A DNA stretch of 64,000 nt, from contig OY762007.1 in assembly GCA_963665115.1 (NCBI GenBank), positions 6,656,001 through 6,720,000 on the forward strand, written 5' to 3'. This DNA is from an uncultured Rivularia sp. (GTDB taxonomy: Bacteria; Cyanobacteriota; Cyanobacteriia; Cyanobacteriales; Nostocaceae). The position numbers were made by a program, and so were the translations under genes. The notes under the pieces were generated by a model, which saw only the letters and a program-made list of their open reading frames with translations, made no database searches and was not told the DNA's origin. Each line of letters starts with the position of its first letter. Position 1 is the stretch's first letter. Below, piece by piece: positions 1 through 10,571 of this stretch.

Positions 1-527
1 TTTACCGAATAAGTATCCATCATCCAAGCCATTTCGCGGGCTGATGTCCCCATATCTGGCGCTGGTATATCTACCGACGGCCCTATGTCTTTAATTAACT
101 CGCTAATGTAACGTCGAGAAATACGTTCTAATTCGTTGACGCTGTAATTTTTAGGGTTTATCGCGATACCACCTTTCGCACCACCGTAGGGAATACCCAA
201 CAACGCACATTTCCAAGTCATCAGCATCGCTAAGGCTGAAACTTCCCGCAGAGTAACGGCTGGATGGAAACGAATACCGCCTTTGTGAGGTCCTAAAACG
301 TTACAGTGTTGGACTCGATGTCCTGCTAAAATCTGTATTTCACCGTTATCTCGTTTCATGGGAATGGAAACAGTTACCACTTTGCGCGGGTTACTGAGTA
401 TTTCTAATACACCTTGTTCTAACTTTAATTCTTTTGCCGCTGCGTCTAAATAGCTACAGGCTTGATCGAATGGGCAAATATACGCCGGAGAAGGATTTTC
501 TGGCATTAGCGGGGATATCTTATCCAT
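1..527 (-). CDS. gdhA: Glu/Leu/Phe/Val dehydrogenase (glutamate dehydrogenase), 5' part, runs off the window
   Basis: Manual translation from ATG at 527: MDKISPLMPENPSPAYICPFDQAC...GHRVQHCNVLGPHKGGIRFHP...MLMTWKCALLGIPYGGAKGG...DIPAPDMGT, the GDH signature motifs. Not in the ORF track because it is truncated. Confidence 0.9.
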   Translation of the reverse strand, partial: MDKISPLMPENPSPAYICPFDQACSYLDAAAKELKLEQGVLEILSNPRKVVTVSIPMKRDNGEIQILAGHRVQHCNVLGPHKGGIRFHPAVTLREVSALAMLMTWKCALLGIPYGGAKGGIAINPKNYSVNELERISRRYISELIKDIGPSVDIPAPDMGTSAREMAWMMDTYSV

Positions 528-589
528 AAAATGTAAAAATTAAAATATTTTCTCAGCCTAGCCTGGTTTTTTACGATCGCAGGTAATTT

Positions 590-605
590 TGTAAATTTCG
601 TTACA
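590..605. promoter_or_regulatory. Candidate NtcA-binding site (TGTA-N8-TACA) between divergent gdhA and P450
   Basis: TGTAAATTTCGTTACA is an exact match to the extended NtcA consensus. No canonical N22-spaced -10 box found on either side. Confidence 0.45.
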
Positions 606-674
606 TTTTTGATTCAAAACAGTTATTTATCTAAGATGATTCTAGGCAATCCAAAATCTAAAAGCCAAAATCGA

Positions 675-2018
675 ATGACACCTACAAATCCTAAAACACT
701 ACCTTTACCTCCCGGTAATTTTGGTTTACCAGTTATTGGTGAAACAATCAGCTTTATACGGGATTCTGATTTTACAGAAAAACGATATCAAAAGTACGGA
801 TCTATCTTCAAAACCCATATTTTTACAAATCCCACCATAGTAATGATTGGTTCGGAAGCTAACCGTTTTCTGTTTACAAATGATAATAAATATTTTTCTG
901 GACAATGGCCTCGAAGCACTAAAATCTTATTAGGTCCTGGCTCTTTATCGATACAAATGGGCAGTACGCATCAAAAGCGTCGTAAAGTTTTATCACAAGC
1001 TTTTCAACCAAGAGCTTTAGCGGAATATGCTTCCACAATGGAAGAAATTCTCCGCAGTTATTTTGATAAATGGGAAAAAATGGGTACTTTGACTTGGTAT
1101 CCAGAAATTAGAAAATATACCTTTGACGTAGCTTGTAAATTACTTGTGGGAACCGATGCAGCTAGCGATAGTAATTTTGTCGAACTTTTTGAAGAGTTGG
1201 TGAGAGGTTTGTTTACCATTCCTCTGCGTTTACCTTGGACAAATTTTAGTAAAGCATTACGCAGTCGTAAATTGTTACTCAAGCAGATTGAAGAAATAGT
1301 ATTACAGCGTCAACAGCAACCCGCTTCTAATAAAGATGCTTTAGGAATTTTATTAGAAGCGAAAGATGATGACGGCAATACCCTTAGTGTAGAAGAAATT
1401 AAAGACCAAATATTAACTTTACTATTCGCCGGACATGAAACTTTAACATCGTCAATAGCTTCGATGTGTCTCTTGCTGTCACAGCATCCGGCAGTCTTAG
1501 CAAAAGTACGTCAGGAGCAGCAGGAATTAGGATTTTCGCAACCTTTAACTTCAGAAAATCTCAAGCAAATGACTTATCTAGACCAAGTTCTCAAAGAAGT
1601 TTTGCGTTTAATTCCTCCGGTTGGTGGTGGTTTTCGACAGGTAATTGAACCTTGTGAATTTAACGGTTACTCAATTCCCAAAGGTTGGTCTGTGCTATAC
1701 AACATACCTAAAACGAACCAAGATGCCAGTGTATATACAGATCCCTCAGACTTCGATCCAGAGCGTTTTGCACCTTCGAGGGCTGAAGATAAATCGAAAC
1801 CCTTTTCTCATGCAACATTTGGTGGCGGGATGCGCGAATGTATTGGTAAGGAGTTCGCTAAATTGGAAATGAAGCTTTTTGCAGCAATGTTAGTTCGAGA
1901 TTATGAATGGGAACTTCTACCAGAGCAAGATTTAACTATAATACCAGCGCCTACTGCTTATCCCAAAGATAAATTGAAAGTTAAATTTGGTCGTAATAGT
2001 GATACTGCTTTTGTATAA
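675..2018 (+). CDS. Cytochrome P450, CYP120-like
   Basis: PPGNFGLPVIGET N-terminus, AGHETL I-helix, EVLR, heme motif FGGGMRECIG. ATG at 675 preferred over the TTG at 609. Confidence 0.9.
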   Translation: MTPTNPKTLPLPPGNFGLPVIGETISFIRDSDFTEKRYQKYGSIFKTHIFTNPTIVMIGSEANRFLFTNDNKYFSGQWPRSTKILLGPGSLSIQMGSTHQKRRKVLSQAFQPRALAEYASTMEEILRSYFDKWEKMGTLTWYPEIRKYTFDVACKLLVGTDAASDSNFVELFEELVRGLFTIPLRLPWTNFSKALRSRKLLLKQIEEIVLQRQQQPASNKDALGILLEAKDDDGNTLSVEEIKDQILTLLFAGHETLTSSIASMCLLLSQHPAVLAKVRQEQQELGFSQPLTSENLKQMTYLDQVLKEVLRLIPPVGGGFRQVIEPCEFNGYSIPKGWSVLYNIPKTNQDASVYTDPSDFDPERFAPSRAEDKSKPFSHATFGGGMRECIGKEFAKLEMKLFAAMLVRDYEWELLPEQDLTIIPAPTAYPKDKLKVKFGRNSDTAFV

Positions 2019-2046
2019 AGATGCGCTTAATAGTTATTAGGGGTTA

Positions 2047-2108
2047 GTAGTAGCGCTTTAGCGCCTCATGATTCGGGATTTGGAGGCGCTGAAGCGCAAC
2101 TACGAACT
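2047..2108. repeat. Dispersed palindromic REP-like element (second copy at 7102-7160)
   Basis: GTAGTAGCGCTTTAGCGCCTC...GAGGCGCTGAAGCGCAACTACGAAC; nested inverted repeats. Confidence 0.65.
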
Positions 2109-2437
2109 TTTATTTATTAATAAATAGAATATCTAAAAATATTAAAAAAAGCATTTATGCTTATTTCCTTAGTAGGGAACAAACTACAGTGGGGACTGCT
2201 CGCTGCTTATACACAGATGAGAAGGGTTGGCATTTAGTCATTATGGGAATGATTAAACTCATAAGTATAAAAAAGTTTGCTCAATCTACCCAGAAAATAT
2301 CCTATTGTTGCGCTTAAAATTGCAATTAATTGAGTAAGATTTGAAAAATATCAAAAACTTATTACTTCATCTTATCTTTAAAAATATCAAAAAAGGATTT
2401 ACGCTGATTCCTTTAATAATTTAGCCAGTAAATCTAT

Positions 2438-3511
2438 TTAATGTACTGCTGCTCTTGTTGCTTCAGTATCAATCGGTTTCATCATGAACAACCGCACCAT
2501 ATGTCCGGCAATTGCAAGAAAACAAGGTACTTTTTGCAGTAATTTAACAATTTTAGGGCGATCGCTCTTATCAATCTCCGCTAACCGTAAATTACTATCG
2601 GAACATTCTTCCATTCTCTGGAAAAATTCTGGATGTTGGGTATTCAGAATTGTTGGAAATGCTCGTGCGGATGTTTTGTTGGTTTCTTCAATCACTCTCT
2701 TGTTGTATTCGCGAGCGTCTATACCAAGGGATTGATAAAAGTTGACTCGTTCAAATACCGTCAGGGTGTGGGTTACAAATACCATTAGTAAGAAAAAACG
2801 CACCCATAAACGCGCTTTCCAATTATTGAAAAGTGACGGTTGGGATCTTAACAGCGCTTTGAAGAAATCTCCATGTCTGTTTTCATCTTGACACCAACTT
2901 TCAAAGTAGCGGAATAGTGGATAGAATTGGTTTTCTGGATATAATTCCAAATGGCGAAACATAATAATATAGCGCCAATAACCAATTTTCTCGGATAGGT
3001 AAACCGTGTAAATAATCCATTCTGGGGGAAAGAAGGTATATGTACGGCTTTTGGTTAAATAACCTAAATCTAAAGAAAGATTAAAATCCGCCATTGCTTT
3101 ATTTAAAAATCCAGCATGACGTGCTTCATCCCGCGCCATACAGTTAAAAGCATCCGCTAACATGGGATTGCGGTTTTTTAATTTGCGCGATAACTCTTTA
3201 AATAGCAAAAATCCTGAAAACTCAGAAGTACAAGAGCGCTCTAAGAAATCAATGAAAGCTTCGCGTTTTTCACCTTCAATGCTATCCCAAACCTGCTTAA
3301 ACTCCTCATCGCGCACGAAGTGATGACGGTTATAGTCGGCTTTCAACTCGTCTACAATCGCCCCCAACTCCTTCTCATGCGCCGAAATATCCATTAATGC
3401 CACAGCATCAAAATCTGTTGTGTAAAACCGAGGGGTTAACAGCGTTTCCTGTACCGGCGCTTTTACACCTTCTTTGAACAATGGCTGTGAGGTTGGAAGA
3501 GACTTTGCCAT
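2438..3511 (-). CDS. acsF: Mg-protoporphyrin IX monomethyl ester oxidative cyclase
   Basis: LLTPRFYTTDF, SCTSEFSGFLL, and di-iron motifs DEARH and DENRH. Confidence 0.95.
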   Translation of the reverse strand: MAKSLPTSQPLFKEGVKAPVQETLLTPRFYTTDFDAVALMDISAHEKELGAIVDELKADYNRHHFVRDEEFKQVWDSIEGEKREAFIDFLERSCTSEFSGFLLFKELSRKLKNRNPMLADAFNCMARDEARHAGFLNKAMADFNLSLDLGYLTKSRTYTFFPPEWIIYTVYLSEKIGYWRYIIMFRHLELYPENQFYPLFRYFESWCQDENRHGDFFKALLRSQPSLFNNWKARLWVRFFLLMVFVTHTLTVFERVNFYQSLGIDAREYNKRVIEETNKTSARAFPTILNTQHPEFFQRMEECSDSNLRLAEIDKSDRPKIVKLLQKVPCFLAIAGHMVRLFMMKPIDTEATRAAVH

Positions 3512-3916
3512 AAAAATTCTTTAATTTATCCACTTTCAGCTATATATCTATTAATAGAAGAATATTTTCATCTAACGCAAAAATATTTAAATTGATTTAC
3601 AAGAACAAGTTTATACTGATGGTTTACTTGCTTTGTGTTAGGTACATTTGCTATTAAAGAATTTTATTTGCCGATAAGAATATGCAATAGTTTCTCTGCA
3701 TGGATATTATCGATCCATATCTTGCTATCTTAATTTTTGTTTATATATTATTACGCAAAACATTTAAAATGTTAGTATTTTTTTTTACGTTGCTTTTGCC
3801 AACCTAAGCCTTAAGATAGATGCTTCAAAAAACCTTATTTCGATATATTGTAATAATTATGACTACATTAGTTAAGATAAGATTAACTCAAGTTTAATAA
3901 TAGGTAATTAAAAGCG

Positions 3917-4177
3917 ATGAAAGAGTCTGATAGAGCCGATAAAGAGAATCTTCTTTTCCCTCGCAGTCGTTACTACGGTGAATTTAAGCCAGAAAACTTA
4001 GTATTTAATGCCAACTTACAAGAATTTTCTCAAAAAGTAGGCTATATAGTTAACTTTCAAACTTCAGGAAAAACAACTTCCGAAGAAGCCTACAGGCAAA
4101 TCAAAGCACTATGGAAAAAGCTGAAACACAGCAAGAAGGAACTCAGGATCGACGATGAACCTTCATCTGAAACTTAA
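3917..4177 (+). CDS. Small conserved cyanobacterial hypothetical protein
   Basis: FPRSRYYGEFKPENLVFNANLQEFSQKV motif of a widespread cyanobacterial family; clean ORF. Confidence 0.8.
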   Translation: MKESDRADKENLLFPRSRYYGEFKPENLVFNANLQEFSQKVGYIVNFQTSGKTTSEEAYRQIKALWKKLKHSKKELRIDDEPSSET

Positions 4178-4231
4178 AACAACTGCGTAACCTTTCGCCG
4201 TAGATTCTTACAGATAAGTCCGAAAAACCCA

Positions 4232-4441
4232 TTAATGCTTGGCTAGTAACTCAAACTCTTTTAATTTCAACGACACCATAATATTTTCTGAATCTATGCG
4301 GATAATCCAACGCTTGCTAACCTCTTCATCCGACAATATTTCTTTCGCACAGACAAAACCTACTTTTCCGGCGATGTACGAGGGGCGCAAAACTATAACT
4401 TTATCTCCGACTTGTATACCTTCTGAGTTAGACAATTGCAC
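4232..4441 (-). CDS. Small hypothetical protein, possibly SH3/KOW-like
   Basis: 69-aa ORF with GDKVIV..PSYIAGKVG pattern; fills an intergenic gap. Confidence 0.55.
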   Translation of the reverse strand: MQLSNSEGIQVGDKVIVLRPSYIAGKVGFVCAKEILSDEEVSKRWIIRIDSENIMVSLKLKEFELLAKH

Positions 4442-4850
4442 CCCCGAATCAAAAAAATATATTTATCTTAATTAGTCAACAAAATAATACAATCAATAAC
4501 CGATGTATCTCTTAACTGTTTCTTAACTTGAGATTTATATTAGCGTTTTTTAGGCGATCGAGATAAATATCGTACATAGTAATTACTTATAGACAGTACA
4601 ATATTTGATAGATCGTCATAATCAAAACATATCTATATAGATAAAGACTTTGGCAGATATTTCTGAAGATATGAAGAAATGTTTATAGCTATATGCGGAT
4701 ACAAAAAATAAAATTTAGGGCGAGTATTCTAGAAATCATGGTAATTTTGTAGTCGTATTTCGCGCTCGATGCTCGTTTCAGCATTGGGGACTATAATTCA
4801 AACTGCGTAAATCCTGTGGAAAATCGCGTTTCATCAATGCAGGATTAGAA

Positions 4851-5550
4851 ATGAGTAACAATCTAGCTATAAAACTCCGTACCGGAAACCCAGCAGTCTC
4901 ATGCTGCAACGGAAGAAATTGGTTTTATGAAATGTTTCGTCAAAGGCGTTGTCGATAGAAATTGCTTTGCGAAATTTTTGAGCAACCTATATTTCGTCTA
5001 CAGCGAATTAGAAGCAGCACTCGAAAATCATCAAAATCATCCTTGTGTTGGTATTCTTTACTTTTCCGAGCTTAATCGCAAAGCTAATTTAGAAAAAGAT
5101 TTAGAGTTTTACTACGGTTCGGATTGGCACAATCAAATTACACCGTTAGCATCTGCTCAAAATTATATTTCCCGCATTCGCGAAGTAGCTGAAAAAGAAC
5201 CAGAATTACTGATAGGACACGCTTACACCCGCTACATGGGCGACTTATCCGGCGGACAAATGTTGCAAAAAGTAGTCCAATCAACCTTGAATTTAGAAGG
5301 TTATCAAGGCACATCTTTTTATAACTTCGAGCAAATCCCCGACAAAAAAGCATTTAAAAACAGATATCGGGAAGCTCTCGATCGAGTACCCGTTGACGAC
5401 ACAACAGCTGACAAAATCGTTGCAGAAGCCAACAATTCATTCTTTTTCAATATGCAGATAGCAAGAGAATTGGAAGAAATTTTGATCGAATCAATCGGCG
5501 AAGCGAAGTTTCATAAGTTGATTAGTAATGAAACTGCTACGGCGAATTGA
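4851..5550 (+). CDS. Heme oxygenase (biliverdin-producing), probably the low-oxygen ho2 type; apparent +1 frameshift at ~4887
   Basis: ATG 4851 gives MSNNLAIKLRTG. Removing one A from GGAAACC restores TQQSHAATEEIGFMKCF (heme-ligating His) in frame with the 4927-5550 ORF, which has HAYTRYMGDLSGGQ. Confidence 0.88.
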
Positions 5551-5701
5551 GGGATGGGGAAATTTTTATAGTAGTGAGTAAAGAGTAATGAGTAGTGAGT
5601 AAAAAGTTTTATTTTCTAGCTATTTACTACTCCTGACTCACTACCTACTACTCGCTACTTATTCCTAGCAACTAACAACTATCTACTAACTACGAACAAA
5701 A

Positions 5702-7084
5702 ATGGTATTCCAATTTCCTGGCGTTAAGTTTGACTTAGATATCATTCAAAAATACAATACTCCGACACCGAGATATACTAGCTATCCACCCGCTACAGAG
5801 TTAACCGAAGCGTTTAATGCGAAGGATTTTGAGTCAGCTATTTCTATCTCAAATAGTAGAAAAACTCCGCTATCTTTATATTTACATATACCTTTTTGTG
5901 AAAGTGCTTGTTATTACTGCGGGTGCAATACGATTATCTCTGAGAAAAAAGAGATTGCTATTCCTTACGTCAAACATTTAGTTAAAGAAATTCAGCAAAC
6001 AGCTAGTTTGATTGATTCGGATCGAAAAGTTGTGCAAATGCATTGGGGAGGAGGAACTCCAAATTATTTGAACGTACATCAGGTAAAAACACTATGGGGA
6101 AATATCAATCAGTATTTTAATCTTGATGTTGATTCGGAAGTTTCTATTGAAATTAATCCTACGTATGTAGATAGAGATTATATTTTGTTTCTTCGAGAAA
6201 TTGGGTTTAATCGGATTAGCTTCGGAATTCAGGATTTTAATTATGAGGTGCAGGCTGCTGTAAATCGCGTTCAACCGGAAGAAATGCTGTTTAATGTGAT
6301 GGATTGGATTCGAGAAGCTGGATTTAAAAGTGTAAATGTAGACTTGATTTATGGTTTACCTTTTCAAACTTTGCACGGTTTTTGGAAGACGGTTACAAAA
6401 ACTATTAAATTAAATCCCGATCGAATTGCCGTATTTAATTTTGCTTACGTACCTTGGCTGAAACCACTACAGAAAAAGTTACCAGTAGATGCGCTTCCAA
6501 AACCCCAAGAAAAACTTGAAATTTTTAAATTGACAATCGAGGAACTTACCGCAAATCACTATCAGTTTATCGGCATGGATCACTTTGCTAAAGCCGACGA
6601 CGAATTGGCGATCGCCCAAAGTAATGGTAGTCTGGGACGGACTTTCCAAGGTTACACGACTCATGCAGAAACTGAGTTATTTGGTTTTGGTTCGACATCG
6701 GTAAGTTTGCTCAGAGATGCTTACGCTCAAAATCACAAAAAACTTAAAGATTATTATCAAGCGGTTGAAGCGGGAGTTTTACCAATTAGTAAAGGATTCA
6801 AATTAAGTTGGGATGATATTCTTAGAAGAGAAGTAATTATGTCTATTATGTCTGGTGGGATATTACGTTTTTCAGATATTGAAGCTAAATATCAGATTAA
6901 ATTTAATCAGTATTTCTCCCAAGAATTATCAGCATTAAAATTAGTAGAAACAGATGGGCTGATTAGGTTATCAAGCAATCAAATTGAAGTTACAGAAATC
7001 GGTAGATTGTTGGTAAGAAATATTGCCGTTATTTTTGATTCTCGAAAAACTACTCAACAGAATAAATTTTCCCGCGCAATTTAA
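5702..7084 (+). CDS. hemN: Oxygen-independent coproporphyrinogen III oxidase (radical SAM)
   Basis: PRYTSYPP, LYLHIPFCESACYYCGC (CxxxCxxC), HWGGGTP, MDHFA. Confidence 0.95.
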   Translation: MVFQFPGVKFDLDIIQKYNTPTPRYTSYPPATELTEAFNAKDFESAISISNSRKTPLSLYLHIPFCESACYYCGCNTIISEKKEIAIPYVKHLVKEIQQTASLIDSDRKVVQMHWGGGTPNYLNVHQVKTLWGNINQYFNLDVDSEVSIEINPTYVDRDYILFLREIGFNRISFGIQDFNYEVQAAVNRVQPEEMLFNVMDWIREAGFKSVNVDLIYGLPFQTLHGFWKTVTKTIKLNPDRIAVFNFAYVPWLKPLQKKLPVDALPKPQEKLEIFKLTIEELTANHYQFIGMDHFAKADDELAIAQSNGSLGRTFQGYTTHAETELFGFGSTSVSLLRDAYAQNHKKLKDYYQAVEAGVLPISKGFKLSWDDILRREVIMSIMSGGILRFSDIEAKYQIKFNQYFSQELSALKLVETDGLIRLSSNQIEVTEIGRLLVRNIAVIFDSRKTTQQNKFSRAI

Positions 7085-7101
7085 CAGTTAGACGAATCAA
7101 A

Positions 7102-7160
7102 GGTTCGTAGTAAGCGCTTCAGCGCCTCCGATAAGAAGCGCTAAAGCGCAACTACGAACC
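7102..7160. repeat. REP-like palindromic element, same family as 2047-2108, between convergent genes
   Basis: GGTTCGTAGTAAGCGCTTCAGCGC...GCGCTAAAGCGCAACTACGAACC with terminal inverted repeats. Confidence 0.7.
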
Positions 7161-7162
7161 TA

Positions 7163-8674
7163 TTAATCTACAAACACATCATCAACAAAATTCCCATGTA
7201 ATCCATAGGGAATATGATGCTTGAGATGCAGTCTTGCAATTGGTTCTTTATTCAAATCCTTGGCATCTAAAATTACCACGTCAGAACGATGGTGAGTTGA
7301 ATCGTAAACCAAACCCAACAGCCAACCATCATCTTCATCACCATTGCGATTTCGCGGCACAAAATTCGGCTCGCTAGCGTAACCATGAGGTGCAGCACTC
7401 CAAATTTGCTTTTCACCAGTTTCTAAATCTACTTTTTCAAATGCTTGCAGTGGTGCATTACCTTCAGCAGCATGAGCCGCACCCATGTATAAATAACGAT
7501 GCTCGCGTCCGACTTTCTGTGGATGCACGCTAGGAAATTCACAGCAACGGCTTTCAATTAATTCTCGTCGTACCGTATTATCATCAAGATTAAGATGAAA
7601 CCGCCATAATTGCCCTGGCTCTAAAGATTCAAAATCAGTTTCTCTAAAATCACTTTCGGGTTCCACTTCTGGTAAAGCTTCGTAGCAAATAGAATCAATA
7701 ACTATTTCACGATCTTTTTCAAAAGCATTGGTATGGTGAAACACAAATCCCGATTGCGTTTCTAATATTTGCACCTGATTTTTATTCCCCTCATTTGCAA
7801 TCTTTGAATTTCGCGGAATTATCAAAACTTTTGTAGGTTGATTTGCCTGAAAATCAATGCATTCCCCAGCACCACGCATTCCTAAAGCAAAAGGAATCGG
7901 GTTAAAAGAAACGGGATTTTGAAAGAATATGCAGTAATTAGGAGTAATCGCGAAATCGTGGATAAAAGCAAAACCTGGAACGCTATGTAAGTTTTTACGG
8001 ACTATGTTACCCGCAGTATCTAATTCAAAAATAGTAATAGTTGTAGACAATCCCGGTTTGATAGAAAAATTCACCAAACAAGGTTCGCCATTATCTTGTT
8101 CGCAACTAGGATCGAAACGTGGATGTGCTGCAAAAGCTTCACCTTCAGATAAAACACGATTAAAATGTTCTTTACCCAAGGTTTCTAATGTACGTGGATC
8201 GAGTTTATGAGGATCTGCTGCTTCCCACAAGGCTAATAGCTTACCACCCCAATAAATAACATTAGTATTAGCAATATTTTTCAGATTAAAATCAAAAGCA
8301 TTCGCCAACCAACCACCAGGCTTTTGAGTTCCAAATACGCCGCGATAAAGAATTTTTCCGGCTTTTTGCTCTTCTACATAAGCTTTAGTCTGAACAAAAC
8401 GGTTGCTAAAATGAGCGCGTCCGTTAGTAAAAGTAATCCGGCTAATCATTCCATCCCCATCAAAAGGATGATGAATATTTTGCCCGTTAATATCCAACAA
8501 ACCCGGACCATTTTTAAACAGCGTACCGTTTAACTCCGGCGGAATTTCTCCTTCAATATCATCAATCCAATAATCATATTCTTCTTTTAAAGATTGATAT
8601 CCTTCCCGCCAATGTTCGCGAGTATAAGACTTTTCTTTACTTGCATCTCTTTCGTCAATTTGAATATTTTGCAT
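7163..8674 (-). CDS. Carotenoid/apocarotenoid oxygenase (RPE65 family)
   Basis: HPFDGDG, four Fe-ligating His (AHP, IHDF, FHH, GLHG), CEFP, SEPNF. Confidence 0.93.
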   Translation of the reverse strand: MQNIQIDERDASKEKSYTREHWREGYQSLKEEYDYWIDDIEGEIPPELNGTLFKNGPGLLDINGQNIHHPFDGDGMISRITFTNGRAHFSNRFVQTKAYVEEQKAGKILYRGVFGTQKPGGWLANAFDFNLKNIANTNVIYWGGKLLALWEAADPHKLDPRTLETLGKEHFNRVLSEGEAFAAHPRFDPSCEQDNGEPCLVNFSIKPGLSTTITIFELDTAGNIVRKNLHSVPGFAFIHDFAITPNYCIFFQNPVSFNPIPFALGMRGAGECIDFQANQPTKVLIIPRNSKIANEGNKNQVQILETQSGFVFHHTNAFEKDREIVIDSICYEALPEVEPESDFRETDFESLEPGQLWRFHLNLDDNTVRRELIESRCCEFPSVHPQKVGREHRYLYMGAAHAAEGNAPLQAFEKVDLETGEKQIWSAAPHGYASEPNFVPRNRNGDEDDGWLLGLVYDSTHHRSDVVILDAKDLNKEPIARLHLKHHIPYGLHGNFVDDVFVD

Positions 8675-8741
8675 ATCTGTAGATGTTAGAAGTTAGTAGT
8701 TATAAAAACAATTGTAGTGTTCGCATCTTGCTCCCTTTCTG

Positions 8742-8820
8742 TCCCAATTCCCAATTCCAATTCCCAATTCCAATTCCCAATGCCCAATTCCCAATGCCCA
8801 ATTCCCAATGCCCAATGCCT
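8742..8820. repeat. Heptamer short tandem repeat (CCCAATT/CCCAATG), STRR-type
   Basis: About 11 tandem units, one shortened to 6 nt. Confidence 0.85.
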
Positions 8821-8828
8821 AATAATGA

Positions 8829-10259
8829 TTATTCAACCGCTTCTTCAGGTTTTTTCATAATTAATTCTGACATCAAATTAGGTAAAGTGTCCTGTTCATC
8901 GCTATCTTTTAAAGCTGGTTGCGATACTTTCAGAGTTTCTTCTTCCTTCTCTGGCAGCCAATTAATAAATGGTAATGGCAACAAAGTACTCAGATTAGTA
9001 ATTGTTACTAACAGCCACAGCTTATCAAAGTTGTTTTCAGTAACTCCTAAATAATGCATCAATGCTGCACCTGTCTCATGGGAAACTAATCCCGCTAAGT
9101 TAGTTATCGACATTAATAATGCAAATAAAGTCGCTTCTACTCCCGGCGGACAAATTCTCGCTGCTAATACCAAAACTGGCATATAGGCAATTTGTCCCAT
9201 TACCGTCAGAATTAAACTATCACCTAAGCTAAACCAATGGTCATCTATTCCTAAAGCCCGGTTAGCATGAGTCACTAATAACAGCGTCGTCAACCCCAAA
9301 ACGGCTGAGATTACCGTACTCCAACCAAAAATCACCCTAAACGGAACGCTTTTAAGAAAACGTTGAAAGATCCAAATTCCAAATAAAGCCGCAACACTCG
9401 TTACTAACCGTACCCTTCCCAAAAATTCTGGTTTAAAATGTAGCTCGTTAGTAGTAAAAAAGAAAAATGCCGATTCCGAACTTGGTGTAGCTAGCCAGAT
9501 GAAGAGAAAGGCAGCAGGTAGCCAAATTACTTTTTTAGTTATGGCTTGACGCAATAACTTGATTTGCTGTTTAACATCTTCAAAATTGCCGTTTTTATCA
9601 TCTTCCGGATTATGCTCTACCGGAGATTCAGCAATTAACCAAGCAACTCCAGAAACAATCAACGGAAATGTCGCGGTAATCCAAAATACAGTGCGTGTAG
9701 TGAAATGCTCTAATAAAAATCCGCTAAAGTAAGCGGTTATCAAACCTCCAAATGCCGAAGCTCCCCAACAAATCGATTGTAAAGAACCTGCTTCAGCTTG
9801 CGATTCCGATCTTGCTCTTTCTACTACCAGCGAGTCAACTATTACATCACTAACTGCAACCGAAAGCGAGCTTAACAAAATGGCAGTTGTCGCAGCCGGA
9901 CTACTATGAACTACAGTCGCCATACCTGCCCAAGCTACTGCTCCAAGTATCCCCGACAAAATTAAATAAGGTCGTCTTCGATAACCAAATATAGGGAACC
10001 CATCGGAAAAGAAGCCAAATACAGGCTTAATAATCCAAGGTAGAACGATAATACCAAATAAGGCTGAAACCTCGGCAGGACTTAGCCCAAGTTCATCTTT
10101 GAGAAAAAAGCTAACCGCTAAACGCGATAGCCCCAAAATACCTTGGACGAAATAAACAGTAAGAATTGCGAACAACTCTGGTGTCGGTTCATTACCGAAA
10201 AGAATTTTTTCTTGTATTAAATGTTTGAGCTTAGACCAGCCAGAGGAAGATACCTGCAT
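8829..10259 (-). CDS. Folate/biopterin (BT1) family MFS transporter
   Basis: [46 protein letters not shown]; multiple TM segments. Confidence 0.92.
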   Translation of the reverse strand: MQVSSSGWSKLKHLIQEKILFGNEPTPELFAILTVYFVQGILGLSRLAVSFFLKDELGLSPAEVSALFGIIVLPWIIKPVFGFFSDGFPIFGYRRRPYLILSGILGAVAWAGMATVVHSSPAATTAILLSSLSVAVSDVIVDSLVVERARSESQAEAGSLQSICWGASAFGGLITAYFSGFLLEHFTTRTVFWITATFPLIVSGVAWLIAESPVEHNPEDDKNGNFEDVKQQIKLLRQAITKKVIWLPAAFLFIWLATPSSESAFFFFTTNELHFKPEFLGRVRLVTSVAALFGIWIFQRFLKSVPFRVIFGWSTVISAVLGLTTLLLVTHANRALGIDDHWFSLGDSLILTVMGQIAYMPVLVLAARICPPGVEATLFALLMSITNLAGLVSHETGAALMHYLGVTENNFDKLWLLVTITNLSTLLPLPFINWLPEKEEETLKVSQPALKDSDEQDTLPNLMSELIMKKPEEAVE

Positions 10260-10571
10260 TGGTAAATATTTTTTAAGATTTCTATACTTTTATTATGATA
10301 ACTATTAACAGTACTCGCGACCCTCTGAGGTATGGAATGTCAAGACAAATTGATTACTTTGAGGGAATAGGGAACAGGGAATAGAGAAGAGGAAATAAAG
10401 AAAAAATTTTTATTCAGTAATTTTCTCAAAATCAACCGTCGTGTTCCTCCGCAACGCAGTGACTCCCCAAGCAATACCACAATCTTCCCTACGTCTGGGC
10501 GGTTTTTCCATAGGTTATCTTCTTACGGGAAGAAAGTAAGAGTTTATATAATCTATTCCCTGCTCCCTTGC

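Noticed and set aside
4810..4822. ChlR-like site AATCC-TGT-GGAAA before the heme oxygenase
   Set aside because: Poor match to TTMCC-N3/4-GGWAA and only ~30 bp from the start codon.
8683..9054. 123-aa ORF, and similar ORFs at 11318-11593, 12996-13280, 22844-23095 and 54597-54785
   Set aside because: These are translations of tandem repeats and antisense overlaps of real genes.
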